From Squalus acanthias (Eukaryota): DNA of 64,000 bases. Both the position numbers and the translations under genes were made by a program. Shown here in pieces: positions 49,503-61,058 of the stretch. The stretch covers positions 3,844,001 to 3,908,000 of the forward strand of contig CM059432.1 in the NCBI GenBank assembly GCA_030390025.1, read 5' to 3'. How positions within the stretch are numbered: position 1 is the stretch's first letter; every line of letters begins with the position of its first letter. The notes beneath the pieces were generated by a model that was not told the origin of the DNA, made no database searches, and saw nothing but the letters and a program-made list of their open reading frames with translations.

Positions 49503-49544
49503 CCCACTGATGCTAGCATATGTTTCTATTCCTTGCTCCCTCAG

Positions 49545-49643
49545 GTACTTGTCTCACATCAGTTGGTGAGCTTTATGAAAACCGAATGTTGAAGTCTCAC
49601 CACAGCAGTAAATGGTTACTGAGAAGTTTTCTGTACCAAGAGC
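49545..49643 (+). other. Candidate 99-bp host exon (unassigned)
   Basis: Pyrimidine tract plus CAG acceptor, GTAAGT donor, one open frame (phase 1-1). Confidence 0.25.
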
Positions 49644-50084
49644 GTAAGTACTGGCCGCTGACGGGCAGAGCGGGGGCAGAAGGAGGAGGAGATGGTTCAG
49701 AAACACCAGAAGGAGCCCCGCAACTCACAGGTGCTACTGAATCTACTGTCACAGCATCAGCTCCCTGTGCATGTCAAGTGCATGAGGAGGTCGGTATAGG
49801 CTGACCATGGAGAATGTGACTGACTGTGCTCTGCTACCTGGCCCATAAAAACCTGCCGAGAGTCAATAGCCTGCAATGCCGGATAGGTGGCAGTCAAGAT
49901 CACCACTGTCCTCATTTTTTATGCTGCAGAGAACCTCCAGCCACTAACGGGAGACATCACAAGAGTCAACTAGTCTCTTTGGTTGGTTTATGGACAACTT
50001 ATTTCCTGCACAGAACAACGGAATAAAAAGCAACTTGCATTTATACAGCACCTTCCACGACCTCAGGACATCCCAAAGCGCTTT

Positions 50085-50787
50085 ACAACAATAACTTGTA
50101 TTTATATAGCGCCTTTAACGTAGTAAAACATCCCAAGGTGCTGCACAGGAGTATTTTAAGACAAAAAAAATTTGACACCAAGCCACATAAGGATAAATTA
50201 GGGCAGGTGACCAAAAGCTTGGTCAAAGAGGTAGGTTTTAAGGAGTGTCTTAAAGGAGGAGAGAGAGGTAGCGAGGCGGAGAGGTTTAGGGAGGGAATTC
50301 CAGAGCTTAGGGCCCAGGCAACAGAAGGCACGGCCACCAATGGTTGAGCGATTATAATCAGGGATGCTCAAGAGGGCAGAATTAGAGGAGCGCAGATATC
50401 TCGGGGAGGTTGTGGGGCTGGAGGAGATTACAGAGATAGGGAGGGGCGAGGCCATGGAGGGATTTGAAAACAAGGATGAGAATTTTGAAATCGAGGCACT
50501 GCTTAACCGGGAGCCAATGTAGGTCAGCGAGCACAGGGGTGATGGGCGAACGGGACTTGGTGTGAGTTAGGACACGGGCAGCCGAGTTTTGGATGACCTC
50601 AAGTTTACGTAGGGTGGAATGTGGGAGGCCAGCCAGGAGTGTGTTGGAATAGTCAAGTCCAGAGGTAACAAAGGCATGGATGAGGGTTTCAGCAGCGGAT
50701 GAGCTGAGGCAAGGGCGGAGACAGGTGATGTTACGGAGGTGGAAGAAAGCGGTCTTTGTTATGCTGCGGATATGTGGTCGGAAGCTC
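50085..50787 (-). mobile_element. L2 3' fragment inserted in a DeuSINE (about 50030-51115)
   Basis: TAFFHLRNI...LDYSNTLLAGLP...LHWLPV motifs; TTTACA occurs at both junctions. Confidence 0.85.
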
Positions 50788-51652
50788 ATTTACAGCCAAT
50801 GAAGTACTTTTTGAAGTGTAGTCACTGTTGTAATGTGGGAAACGCGGCAGCCAGTTTGCGCACAGCAAGCTCCCACAAACAGCAATGGCCAGATAATTCA
50901 CTTTTATTTAGTGATGTTGGTCAAGGGATAAATATTAGCCAGGACAACAGGGAGAACTCCCCCTGCTCTTCTTCGAAATAGTGGCCATGGGATCTTTTAC
51001 GTCCACCTGAGAGAGCAGACGGGGCCTCGGTTTAACGTCTCATCCGAAAGACGGCATTTCAGTCCTGCACTGGGAGTGCCAGCCTAGATTTTGTGCTCAG
51101 GTCTCTGGAGTGTGACTGCCGCGCTTCCTACATTACAACAGTGACTCCACTTCAAAGGTACTTCATTGGCTGTAAAGCGCTTTGGGATGTCCTGAGGACA
51201 TGAAAGGCGCTGGAGAAATGCAAGTTCTTTCTTTTATATTAATGGGCGGCGATCATTGCCCGTTTTACACCCAGGCAACAAGTTAAAAACCTACCCCAAC
51301 ACCTGTCATTATTGCTCCCTCTCTTTGCTTGCTGGGGATCAGTCCTCTTGCACCAATAATGGGTTTGCATTGTTCTGTTACTGTACTCACCAACACTCGC
51401 AGGGCCTCAATGCTAAATCAACTTTTTTTATGTTGTCATTCAGACATTTTTTACGTAGAAACTTACAGCACAGGAACAGCTCATTTGGCCCAACTGGTCT
51501 GTGCCGGTGTTTATGCTCCACACCAGCCTCCTCCCACCCCTGTTCATCTTACGCTATCAGCATAACCCTCTATTCCTTTCTCCCTCATGTGTTTATCTAG
51601 CCTCCCCTTAAATGCATCTCTGCTATTCGCCTCAACCACCCCCTGTGGTAGC

Positions 51653-52038
51653 TGCTGCTTCTTCTTTCTTTCGTGTGGTGGTAGCAAAGCAAATCAGATG
51701 TCAGTATCTAAGTTGGATATTCAGGCCAAAGCTTCCAGTGTAACAGCGTGGATATCTCGTAGGCTGCCTGTGAACTTCCTCTGAGGGCAGTGCTCAATGA
51801 TGTGCTCCAGGGTCTGATTAGGGGCTCCACAGTCGCATGGTAGGGATGCTTCAATCTTCCATCTGTGGAGAAGGTGCAGCATCCAAAATGGCCTTCTCGA
51901 TTTGAGACAGGTTGGCGGTAGGTTGTTCAAGTCAGCCTGGATCGGCATGTCTTTGCTGGTGTAGCGGTTGTATTCTCTGGAGACTGCATATTCGCAGCGT
52001 AGGTGTGGTGGTGCGATGTTTGCAAGCACGGGCAGCCA
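51653..52038 (-). mobile_element. Vingi/Ingi-like LINE 3' fragment inside a CR1 fragment (about 51458-53115)
   Basis: WLPVLANIAPPHLR...LKSRRPFW and CDCG..QTLEHIIEHCP (C-terminal CCHC) motifs; (AAG)n tail. Confidence 0.7.
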
Positions 52039-52159
52039 AGCGAGTTCCACATTCTAACCACTCTCTGAGAACTTCCTCCTGAGTTTGCTATTGGATTTAT
52101 TAATGACTCTCTTATATTTATGGCCCCTAGTTTTGGTTCTCCCCACAAGCGGAAACATC

Positions 52160-52900
52160 GGGCTGGATTTTCAATGACCCGTGGAGTTGGGTTTGGAGGC
52201 GTGTGGGGGGTTAAAGTTGCGGGGTCGGGGGTCCCGACCCCATCCCGACTCCATTCCGCCTCTACGCAATTTTGACAAAATCGGTCGCGGGGTTCCCGAC
52301 TCCGTCCCGCCTCCAAGAGGCGGGAGAGGCCATTAAAGCCCTTAACAAGGCCTAAATTGGCTCTGTAATGCATTTTGAAACGTTTTAGCTAGTTTAACCC
52401 TTTTCTGACGTGAAGTGCGCCTGATGTGAAACACGCCAGTGAATCCTGGCGGGAGCACAAGTGGATAGCTGACTATCAGCTGCAGGTCCACTATTACAAC
52501 GGAGATGTGATGAAGGTAGTAGTAGTATTAGGTTGAAAGTCGCCTCTGATGCAGCAGCATCGAATGTCTTCAGAGACTGCCTGGGAGGACTTGGTTGCAA
52601 AAAAAATTCTCTCTCTCTCTCTCTCTCTCTCAGATGCTGCTCATTTTGCATCCAGGTCCTCTCACAGCAAAGGCCAGGCAATCTCTGAGACCAGGCCGTC
52701 TCTGACCTGCAATGATGACATCATCAGAGGCGACTTTCAGACTGAAAACACTAATTGGTTCATGGGTTCCCACATGCTGGAACTCAATTGCCCAATTAAG
52801 TGAAAATTGCATCAATCTCTCACATCCAATTGCAGGCGGGTGGATAACACGAAATGCGGATGACACGACCCCAACCCGCCCCAGTATCAAAATCCAACCC
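52160..52900. mobile_element. Harbinger-like MITE, family H2
   Basis: TIRs GGGCTGGATTTT / AAAATCCAACCC and TSD ATC. Confidence 0.85.
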
Positions 52901-54189
52901 ATCTTCTCTCCGTCTACCCTATCAAACCCTTTCATAATCTTGAAGACCTCTATCAGGTCACCCCTCGGTCTTCTCTTCTCTCGGGTAAAGAGTCCCAGCC
53001 TGTTCAGTCTTTGATAGTTATAACATCTCAGTTCTGGTATCACCCTGGTAAATCTTTTTTGTTTGCACTTTCTCCAGAGACCAGAGCTGTGCAGAGTACT
53101 CCAGGTGCGGTCCAGCCGCACTTTTTTCTCTCTCCTATTTTTCCCAACAACTGCGCACTTCACAGTCAATTATCGAACGTTTCGACATTCATCGCAGCCA
53201 AGTGGCTCTTTAGCTCCTTGAGAAGTGATCATTACTGCAGGTACATTGTGATTCACCGCTACTTTACCGTGCTGTTAACAAAAGCCCATAATCACAAACT
53301 ATGTATTTGAAAGTTGCACACTCCCATGATTTTGAGTGTGCGTTCAATTTGGAAGAAAACTTTTTTTTAAGCAAATAAAGGAATGTTGGAGCCGAGATGA
53401 GTAATCGCTCATGTGGTGGGTAGACTGGTGTGGCAGTATCTGATCACATCTGGCCAGCAGATTTGACCAGGCCCAGGTAGGCTACACATTTTATGAGCGT
53501 GGACTCCAAGCTGTACAACTTTAGAGGTATTACAGGCTCTACCTTCAAAGGTTTGACATCTTGTTCGAATTTTCTTTGGAATGGATTTGGCAGCTACTAT
53601 CTGGTTTTACATGATCAAAGAACCTTGTCTGATGCCATTCCATAGTGAGACTGGGTTCGCTGTTCCTCGTTACCATCTCTCCCTCTCCCTCTCCCTCTCT
53701 CTCTCTCTCCTGCTGTCTGTAATAGAAAAAATCTTTCTTTAACCTTCAAGCTTTTTTGTTTCCATTTCTTTATTTCCTCTACCTCTATTTTTCTTCAGCT
53801 GGGTGTCCTATTTTATCTCCTCTCTTTCTCTGTGTAGGTCTCATTATACTTTCTTTCTCCAGCTCAGTCTGTTGCTGTCTTCCTCCTTTTATGGCCTCAC
53901 ATTTTTTCTTTGTTTCAACTACTTTGACATTTTTCATTTTCTCACTTTTTTTGCCTGGTTTTTATTTGTCATTATTCCGTGATCAACACTTTTCCTTTAA
54001 CCTCCCTTTCCTTTGCAAGCACCTTGTTCTCCTTCTTTAAATTCAAACGTTCTCTATATCGTGTCCATGCAATGGCTACGAACCTATCCTCTAGGAACTG
54101 GAGGAGGCCGTTCAGCCCCTCGAGCCTGTTCCGCCAGTCAATGAGATCACGGCTGATCTGCGAGCTAACTCTATTCTCTCTGCCCTAAA

Positions 54190-54580
54190 ATCTCTCACTA
54201 TTGTCCCTCCGTGGCCATCGCCCCCCCCTCCCTATCTCTGTAACCTCCTCCAGCCCGACAAAAACCCTCCGACATCTCTGCCCTCCTCCGATTCTGTCCT
54301 CTTCCGCATTCCTGATTTCCTTCGCCCCACCATTGGTGGCCGTGCCTTCAGCTGCCTGGGCCCTAAGCTTGGGAATTCCCTCCCTAAACCTCTCCGCCTC
54401 TCTACCTCTCTCCTTTAAGACGCTCCTTAACACCTACCTCTTTGACCAAGCTTTCGGTCACCTGTCCTGATATCTCCTTGTGTGGCTCGGTGTCAAATTG
54501 TGTCTGATAATCGCTCCTGTGAAGCGCCCTGGGAGGTTTTACTACGTTAAAGGCGCTATATAAATACAAGTTGGTGTTAT
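54190..54580 (+). mobile_element. L2 3' fragment
   Basis: Same L2 3' end as other copies. More at about 12360-12610 (-), 32693-32866 (+), 35550-35820 (+) and 61168-61652 (-). Confidence 0.8.
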
Positions 54581-55921
54581 TTTAGAGCTCATGTGTTACT
54601 TCCGCAATAAGCCTGGAGCAGCCCACGAACACCAACAGATTCAGGGTTGCATCTGCTGCGACTCCACCTGTTGCTATGGTATCAATTAACATAAGCCAGA
54701 AACATTACAGTACATTTTAACTATGCTAGACTGTATTTTTTTAATTATTCCAAAACAACGCTATAAAATCAGTGGTTCCAATACTTGGAGATATCAAAAG
54801 CAGGCGTTAGCTCGTGGGCTGTGATGGTGTTTTAAAGAAAAAGAAAGACTTGCATTTCTATAGTGCCTTTCACGACCACCGGACGTCCCAAAGCGCTTTA
54901 CAGCCAATGAAGTACTTTTTGAAGTGTAGTCACTGTTGTAATGTAGGAAACGCAGCAGCCAATTTGCACACAGCAAGCTCCCACAAACAGCAATGTGATG
55001 ATGACCAAATCATCTACATTTTAGTGATGTTGATTGAAGGATAAATATTGGCCCAGGGACAAATCTTGTTTGAAATAGTGGCCGTGGGATCGTTTGCGTC
55101 CACCTGAGAGGGCAGACGGGTCCTCGGTTTAACGTCTCGTCAGAAAGACGGCACCTCTGACAGTGCAGCACTCCCTCAGCACTGCACTGGGAGTGTCAGC
55201 CTAGATTTTTGTGCTCGAGTCTCTGGAATGGGACTTGAACCCACGACCTTCTGAGGCAAGAGTGCTACCCACTGAGCCACAGCTGACACAGCTATGAAGA
55301 AGAGCGCGTTAGCAAAAATAACAGCAAATGATTCTGTTTCCATAAATCCAAGGTGCGCTTTGGCCGTTAAAGGATTCGTACACATTTGCCGACACTTAAC
55401 TTTGGGACAACTAACATTCTCCGCTTTGAAAATGCAAACACCGCTGAAGGACAGGCTAAATCACAGCGCAATCAGACAGGCTATTTTGATGTAGTGAACG
55501 GGTAAACTATGATTCAGTTCAAACAGGGTAATTGTTACCATCGGTTACCTGCTGTGTTCCTTCTTTTGAACGCTTCCTTATGCAGTCGGCATGCAAACTC
55601 ACTCTTGCAAAGAAAATACATTACAGTGCTTTGAAAAAAAAAATCAGACCGTTAGCAGACTTCGGCTAATCCAAAAAAGGTAAATTCTGTGTTGGCCTGT
55701 GGCGCTAATGTGTTGCACATGGTGAATGGAATTCAGCATTGCTTATCAAACATCTTTCTTGTAAAGAGATCTATCAGGTCTGGTAATATTGATGTAACAC
55801 GTTCGGCACTGTGAAAATTTAGAGTTAGTTAGTAGTTAGCATTCAATTTCATTCACAACAGTTGCTCAACAACCCTCCACGGTAATTGTAAATCTAATTG
55901 TAAATATAAAACTGTATCAGT

Positions 55922-56371
55922 GGGGGAATCTTAACCTTAAAAACAACGGGTGGGTTGGGGTCGGGTGGGAAGTTAAAGTGTTAAAGATCTGAATCCCGAC
56001 CAGATCCCGCCTCCAACCCGCCCACTGCCGGTTTTAATGGAGGTGGGATTGGGGGCGGGTCGTCTATTTAAATATTATAATGAGGCTAGAAGCCTCTGCT
56101 TCAACCTCCATTTTGATTTTAACTTTAGCCGGTCGGGTTTTGCACGCCTGGTGAAACCCGCCAGCTGATGTAAGGCGAAGACTGCTGGGTCCAGGAGGTA
56201 AGTGCTGTAATCCCTTCCCGCCTCCAAGGAGATGGGACCCGGCGCGGGACGGCTACCCGCCTCCTGGCAAGATGGCATGGAGGCGGGTTGGGCACCCGCC
56301 CCCAAATTCTGCCATTTTCCCGGTAGTCCCGCCTCCAAACCCGCCTCCTCAGGGCTGGCAAGATCGCGCCC
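55922..56371. mobile_element. Harbinger-like MITE
   Basis: Imperfect TIRs GGGGGAATCTT / AAGATCGCGCCC with CCCGCC subterminal repeats; related to 63575-64000. Confidence 0.6.
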
Positions 56372-57234
56372 TGTGACTCTAGTCCTAGACTCCCCAACCA
56401 GCGGAAATAGTTTCTCTCGATCCACCCTATCAGTTCCCCTCAATAGCTTGAAAACTTCGATCAGATCACCCCTATCTTCTAAATTCCAGGGAATACAACC
56501 CTAGTTTGTGTAATCTCTCCTCGTAATTTAACCCTTGAAGTCCAGGTAACCCCAATCCCCTGTTCTTTCCCCGCAGCCCTTCAAATTTCTCCTTTTCAAG
56601 TATTTATCTGATTCCCTTTTGAAAGTTACTATTGAATCTGCTTCCACCGCCCTTTCAGGCAGCGCATTCCAGATCACAACAACTCACCGTGTACAAAAAA
56701 TTCTCCTCATCTCCCCCTCTGGTTCTTTTGCCAATGACCTTAAATCTGTGTCCTCTGGTTACCGACCCTCCTGCCAGTGGAAACAGTTTCTCCCCATCTA
56801 CTCTATCAAAACCCTTTTACCAATTTGTTCTTGTGTGTCCGGAGATTTCCTTTGTATGGTTAAACAAACCAGATAGGGAAAGTGGCTGGGACTGGGCAAG
56901 GTGGGAGTCTAGACATTGCTGATACCTGGTCACGAAAATCAGAAAAACCTTCGACTCCCCATCCATCATCTTGATAAGAACCACATTCCCCCATCCCCCT
57001 AAAAACGAAATATAGCTTATAAAGTATGAGGACACTCCAGTTGTGCTGCAATACTATTAAATAAATTACAAAAATAAATTCTTCTCAATTCCTAATGATG
57101 ATTCACACAGAATTTAAACAGAGAAAATACTTTCATTCCAGAATGCCTATAACATGATGGACTGCTCACATCTGCCAAGCAGCATACTTAGAATAGTCAT
57201 GTTTGGAGAACGGTGTTGATCTTTTTGGTTGGAC

Positions 57235-57430
57235 AAACACAAATTTACTGTAAATCAATTAAAACTTTAAATGAAACTTAACAAATCAAATCAAAATTTG
57301 GAAGTCCGGGGTGACGATGCACTCCAGTCCCCGCGGCGCCCACCGGTCGCGGAAAAACTCAAGCGTGCCGGCGGACACCGCGTGCTCCATCTCCAGGGCC
57401 ACCCGGGCGCGAACATGGCCGCGGAAGAGT
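57235..57430 (-). mobile_element. Tx1/L1 ORF2 extreme 3' fragment
   Basis: Minus frame reads LFRGHVRARVALEMEHAVSAGTLEFFRDRWAPRGLECIVTPDFQILI*, followed by a T-rich UTR; assignment recalled. Confidence 0.6.
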
Positions 57431-58457
57431 GTTGTGCCCATGCAGAGTAAGTTGTACAGCTAGCAACATAGGAACCGAAGGAGGTCATTCAGCCCCTCGA
57501 GCCTGTTCCGCCATTCAATTAGATCGCGGCTGATCTGTATCTCCACTCCATCCACCCGCCTTGGTTCCATAATCCTTAATATCCTTGCCTAACAAAAATC
57601 TATCGATCTCAGATTTGAAATTTTCAATTGACGTCCAGCCTGAACAGCTTTTCAGGGGGAGAGAGTTCCAGATTTCCGCTCCCCTTTGTGTGAAGAAGTG
57701 CTTCCCGACATCACCCCTGAACGGCCTGGCTCTAATTTTAAGGTTGTGCCCCCTTGTTCTGGACTCCCCCACGCCAGAGGAAATAGTTTCTCTCTCTCTA
57801 CCCGAGCAACTCCTTTAATCATCTTAAACACCTCGATTAGATCACCCCTTAATCTTCTACACTCGAGGGAATACAAGCCTAGTCTGTGCAACCTCTCCTA
57901 ATAATTGAACCCTTTTAGCCCCGGTGGGTATTGTCTGTGGGATTTGCAAGCACGCTAATGCAGGAATTCTAATTTGCTGCGAGCTGTATGTTGCCAGTAT
58001 CCTTCATATTGTTCAGCTGAACAACAGTGGGACGTCACTGTAGCAACGAAGGACCTATCAGTTAAGCCATTTATAATGTAAAACTGACTTGCTGGCAACC
58101 AATTATTTTCATGTCGACACCAAATAGTAGACCCAGTCCTTGCTCAAATCGCTACTTGTGCCCCGAGTCCAGCAATTGCAAAAGTGTTTTGGGACATGTT
58201 CAATCTGAATCTCAGTGTGCAAGCTTACTCCACCTTTTAATCATGAACGTACTGAATCATAGAACGGTTACAGCACAGAAGGAGGCCATTCGGCCCGTTG
58301 AGCCGGTGCCGGCTCTCTGCAAGAGCACTTCAGCCAGTCCCACTCCCCCGCCCTTTCCCCGTAGTCCTGCAAATTCTTTTTCCTTCAGCCACTTATCCAA
58401 CTCCCTTTTGAAAGCCACGATTGAATCCATTACTGCTCTAATGGATAGACAGAGTTA

Positions 58458-59105
58458 ACAACAGAAAACGCTGGAAAAACTCAGCAGGCGAGGCAGCATC
58501 CGTGGAGAGAGAAACAGAGTTAACGTTTCAGGTCGAAGACCTTTCGTCAGAACTGGAAATAGCAGGAAATGAAATAGATTTAAAGCAAGGATAAAGCTGG
58601 GAAAGGGGGAGGGGATGAAAGAACAAAAGGAGAGATTAAGAGACATTGAGAGACATTAAGAGATAATCAAGGCAAGAGGAGGTGTTAATGTGACAGGTTG
58701 AGGCTAAAAGAAGTGTGAAATGCATTGGCAGAATGAAGGACAGCTGCCAGCATCTAGGAGGGAAAAAAAAGAGGGGGTGGCAAACAAAAGGGTGGATGAA
58801 AAAATAAAATATAAATGTGATAGGGGCTGAGGTTATGATCTAAAATTGTTGAACTCGATGTTGAGTCCAGAGGGCTGTAGGAAGCCTAAACGAAAGATGA
58901 GGTGCTGTTCCTCGAGCTTACGCTGCGCTTCCGTGGAACAGTGTAATAGGCCGAGGACGGTGAGGTCAGAGTGGGAGTGAAGCGGTGAATTAAAATGACA
59001 GGCCACCGGGAGCTCGGGGTCCCCCTTACGGACTGAACGGAGGTGTTCCGCAAAGCGGTCACCCAATCTGCGTTTGGTCTCCCCAATGTAGAGGAGACCA
59101 CATCG
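58458..59105 (-). mobile_element. Penelope-like element 3' fragment (GIY-YIG C-terminal part plus terminal repeat)
   Basis: CGLLYIGETKRRLGDRFAEH...PVACHFN...GLNIEF; 12-bp TSD TAGACAGAGTTA (58446-58457 and 59106-59117). Confidence 0.9.
58518..58555 (-). ncRNA. Minimal type I hammerhead ribozyme
   Basis: AGTT-CTGACGA-AAGGTC TTC GACCT-GAAA-CG-TT-AACT: core boxes, stems I and II, palindromic stem III. Confidence 0.75.
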
Positions 59106-59209
59106 TAGACAGAGTTATTTGGTTACAACATTGAGGGGCAGGAAAAGAGCAGCTGGTCCATCAAGCCTGCCCCACAATCATGGGGCCAGAGCATCATAAC
59201 TAGACACTT

Positions 59210-59990
59210 CCACTTTGGTAGGAAAAATAGAAAAGCAGAGTATTTTTTAAATGGTGAGAGATTGGGAAATGTTGGTGTTCAGAGGGACCTGCGTGTCCTT
59301 GTACACGAATCACTGAAAGTTAACATGCAGGTACAGCAAGCAATTAGGAAAGCAAATGGTATGTTGGCCTTTATTACAAGAGGATTTGAGTATAAGAGTA
59401 AAGACGTCTTACTGCAATTATAATAGGGCCCTGGTGAGACCACACCTGCAGTACTGTGTACAGTTTTGGTCTCCTTACCTAAGGAAGGATATACTTGCCA
59501 TAGAGGGAGTGCAACGAAGGTTCACCAGACTGGTTCCTGGGATGGGGGGATTGTCCTATGAGGACAGATTGAGTAGACTAGGCCTATATTCTCTAGAGTT
59601 TAGAAGAATGAGAGGTGAGCTCATTGAAACATACAAAATTCTTACAGGGCTTGACAGGGTAGATGCAGGGAGGATGTTTCCCCTGGCTGGGGAGTCTAGA
59701 ACCAGGGGTCACAGTCTCAGAATAAGGGGTCGGCCATTTAGGACTGAGATGAGGAGAAATTTCTTCACTCAGAGGGTGATGAATCTTTGGAATTCTCTAC
59801 TCCAGAGGGCTGTGGAAGCTCAGTCATTGAGTATATTCAAGACAGAGATCGATAGATTTTTTAATATAATAAGGGAATCGGGCAGGAAAGTGGAGATGAG
59901 GTAGAAGATCAGCCATGATCTTATTGAATGGCGGAGCAGGCTAGAGGGTCCAAATAGTCTACTCCTGCTCCTATTTCCTATGTTCTTATG
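59210..59990 (+). mobile_element. CR1 3' fragment
   Basis: RPHLQYCVQFWSP...RNFFTQRV motifs and TTCTTATG tail. Confidence 0.9.
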
Positions 59991-60688
59991 TTCCTCTTCC
60001 CCGCCCCATCCCCCCACTCCTCCGACAATCAAACCCAGTCCAGGAGATCACACGGGCCAAGTGTTATCGATAAAGACACTTACCATCTTACTTTGCTTTT
60101 AACTTTCTCCACGAATACCCATGCCATGAAGTCCCTCACTTCAATGTGTGTGCAATATGGCTGCCGCATTATCCCAGAATTAATTTCACGTGCAGAGGTC
60201 TGAGACGTTTTTGGCAAACATGATTAGCGCTCAGAAGAAAGAACTTACATTTCTATAGCTGCCTTTCACGACCTCAGGACGTCTCAAAGCGCTTTGAATT
60301 ACTTTTTGGAGTGTAGTCACTGTTGTAATGTAGGAAACGCGGTGGCCAGTTGCGCACAGCAAGCGCCCACAAACAGCAATGTGATAATGACCAGATAATC
60401 TGTTTTAGTGATGTTGATTAAGGGATAAATATTGGCCCCAGGACATCGGGGAGAACTCCCCTGCTTTTCTTCGAAATAGTGACCGTGGGATGTTTTATGT
60501 CCACCTGAGAGAGCAGACGGGGCCTCGGTTTAATGTTACATCTGAAAGACGGCACCTCCGACAGTGCAGCACTCCCTCAGCACTGCACTGGAGAGTCATC
60601 CTAGATTATGTGCTCGAGTCTCTGGAGTGGGACTTGAACCCACAACCTTGTGACTCAGGTACTCTGGGTGTGGGGTGCACTAGCACTC

Positions 60689-61058
60689 GGGGGCAATTTT
60701 AACCCAACTCGTCGGGCGGGAATCCCACAGGATCGGGTGGATCGCCGGTTTTGCCCCCTGCACAATATTGCTCACCATTGACTTCAATGGAGAGTGAAAT
60801 CGGGCGGGATGTATACCCAGCGTTGCCTCCCGAAACTTGCTTTTTCATCTGTTTCATTTCCTGCTTTTTTCTCAGTTCTGACGAAGGGTCTTCGACCTGA
60901 AACGTTAACTCTGTTTCTCTCTCCACGGATGTTGCCTGGCCTGCTGAGTTTTTCCAGCACTTTCTGTTGTTATTTCAGTTTTCCAGCATCCGCGGTATTT
61001 TGCTATTGCTCCCGATCCAGTCAGTCTCCCGATGGGTGGGTTACGGTAAAATTGCCCC
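60689..61058. mobile_element. Harbinger-like MITE containing a Penelope terminal fragment (60834-61008)
   Basis: TIRs GGGGCAATTTTA / TAAAATTGCCCC; the insert is flanked by CTCCCGA duplications. Confidence 0.75.
60873..60912 (+). ncRNA. Minimal type I hammerhead ribozyme
   Basis: AGTT-CTGACGA-AGGGTC TTC GACCT-GAAA-CG-TT-AACT. Confidence 0.75.

Noticed and set aside
59210..59990. Displaced 3' end of the truncated CR1 at 39833
   Set aside because: It overlaps the retained region (from HFG onward) and differs in sequence, so it is another subfamily copy.
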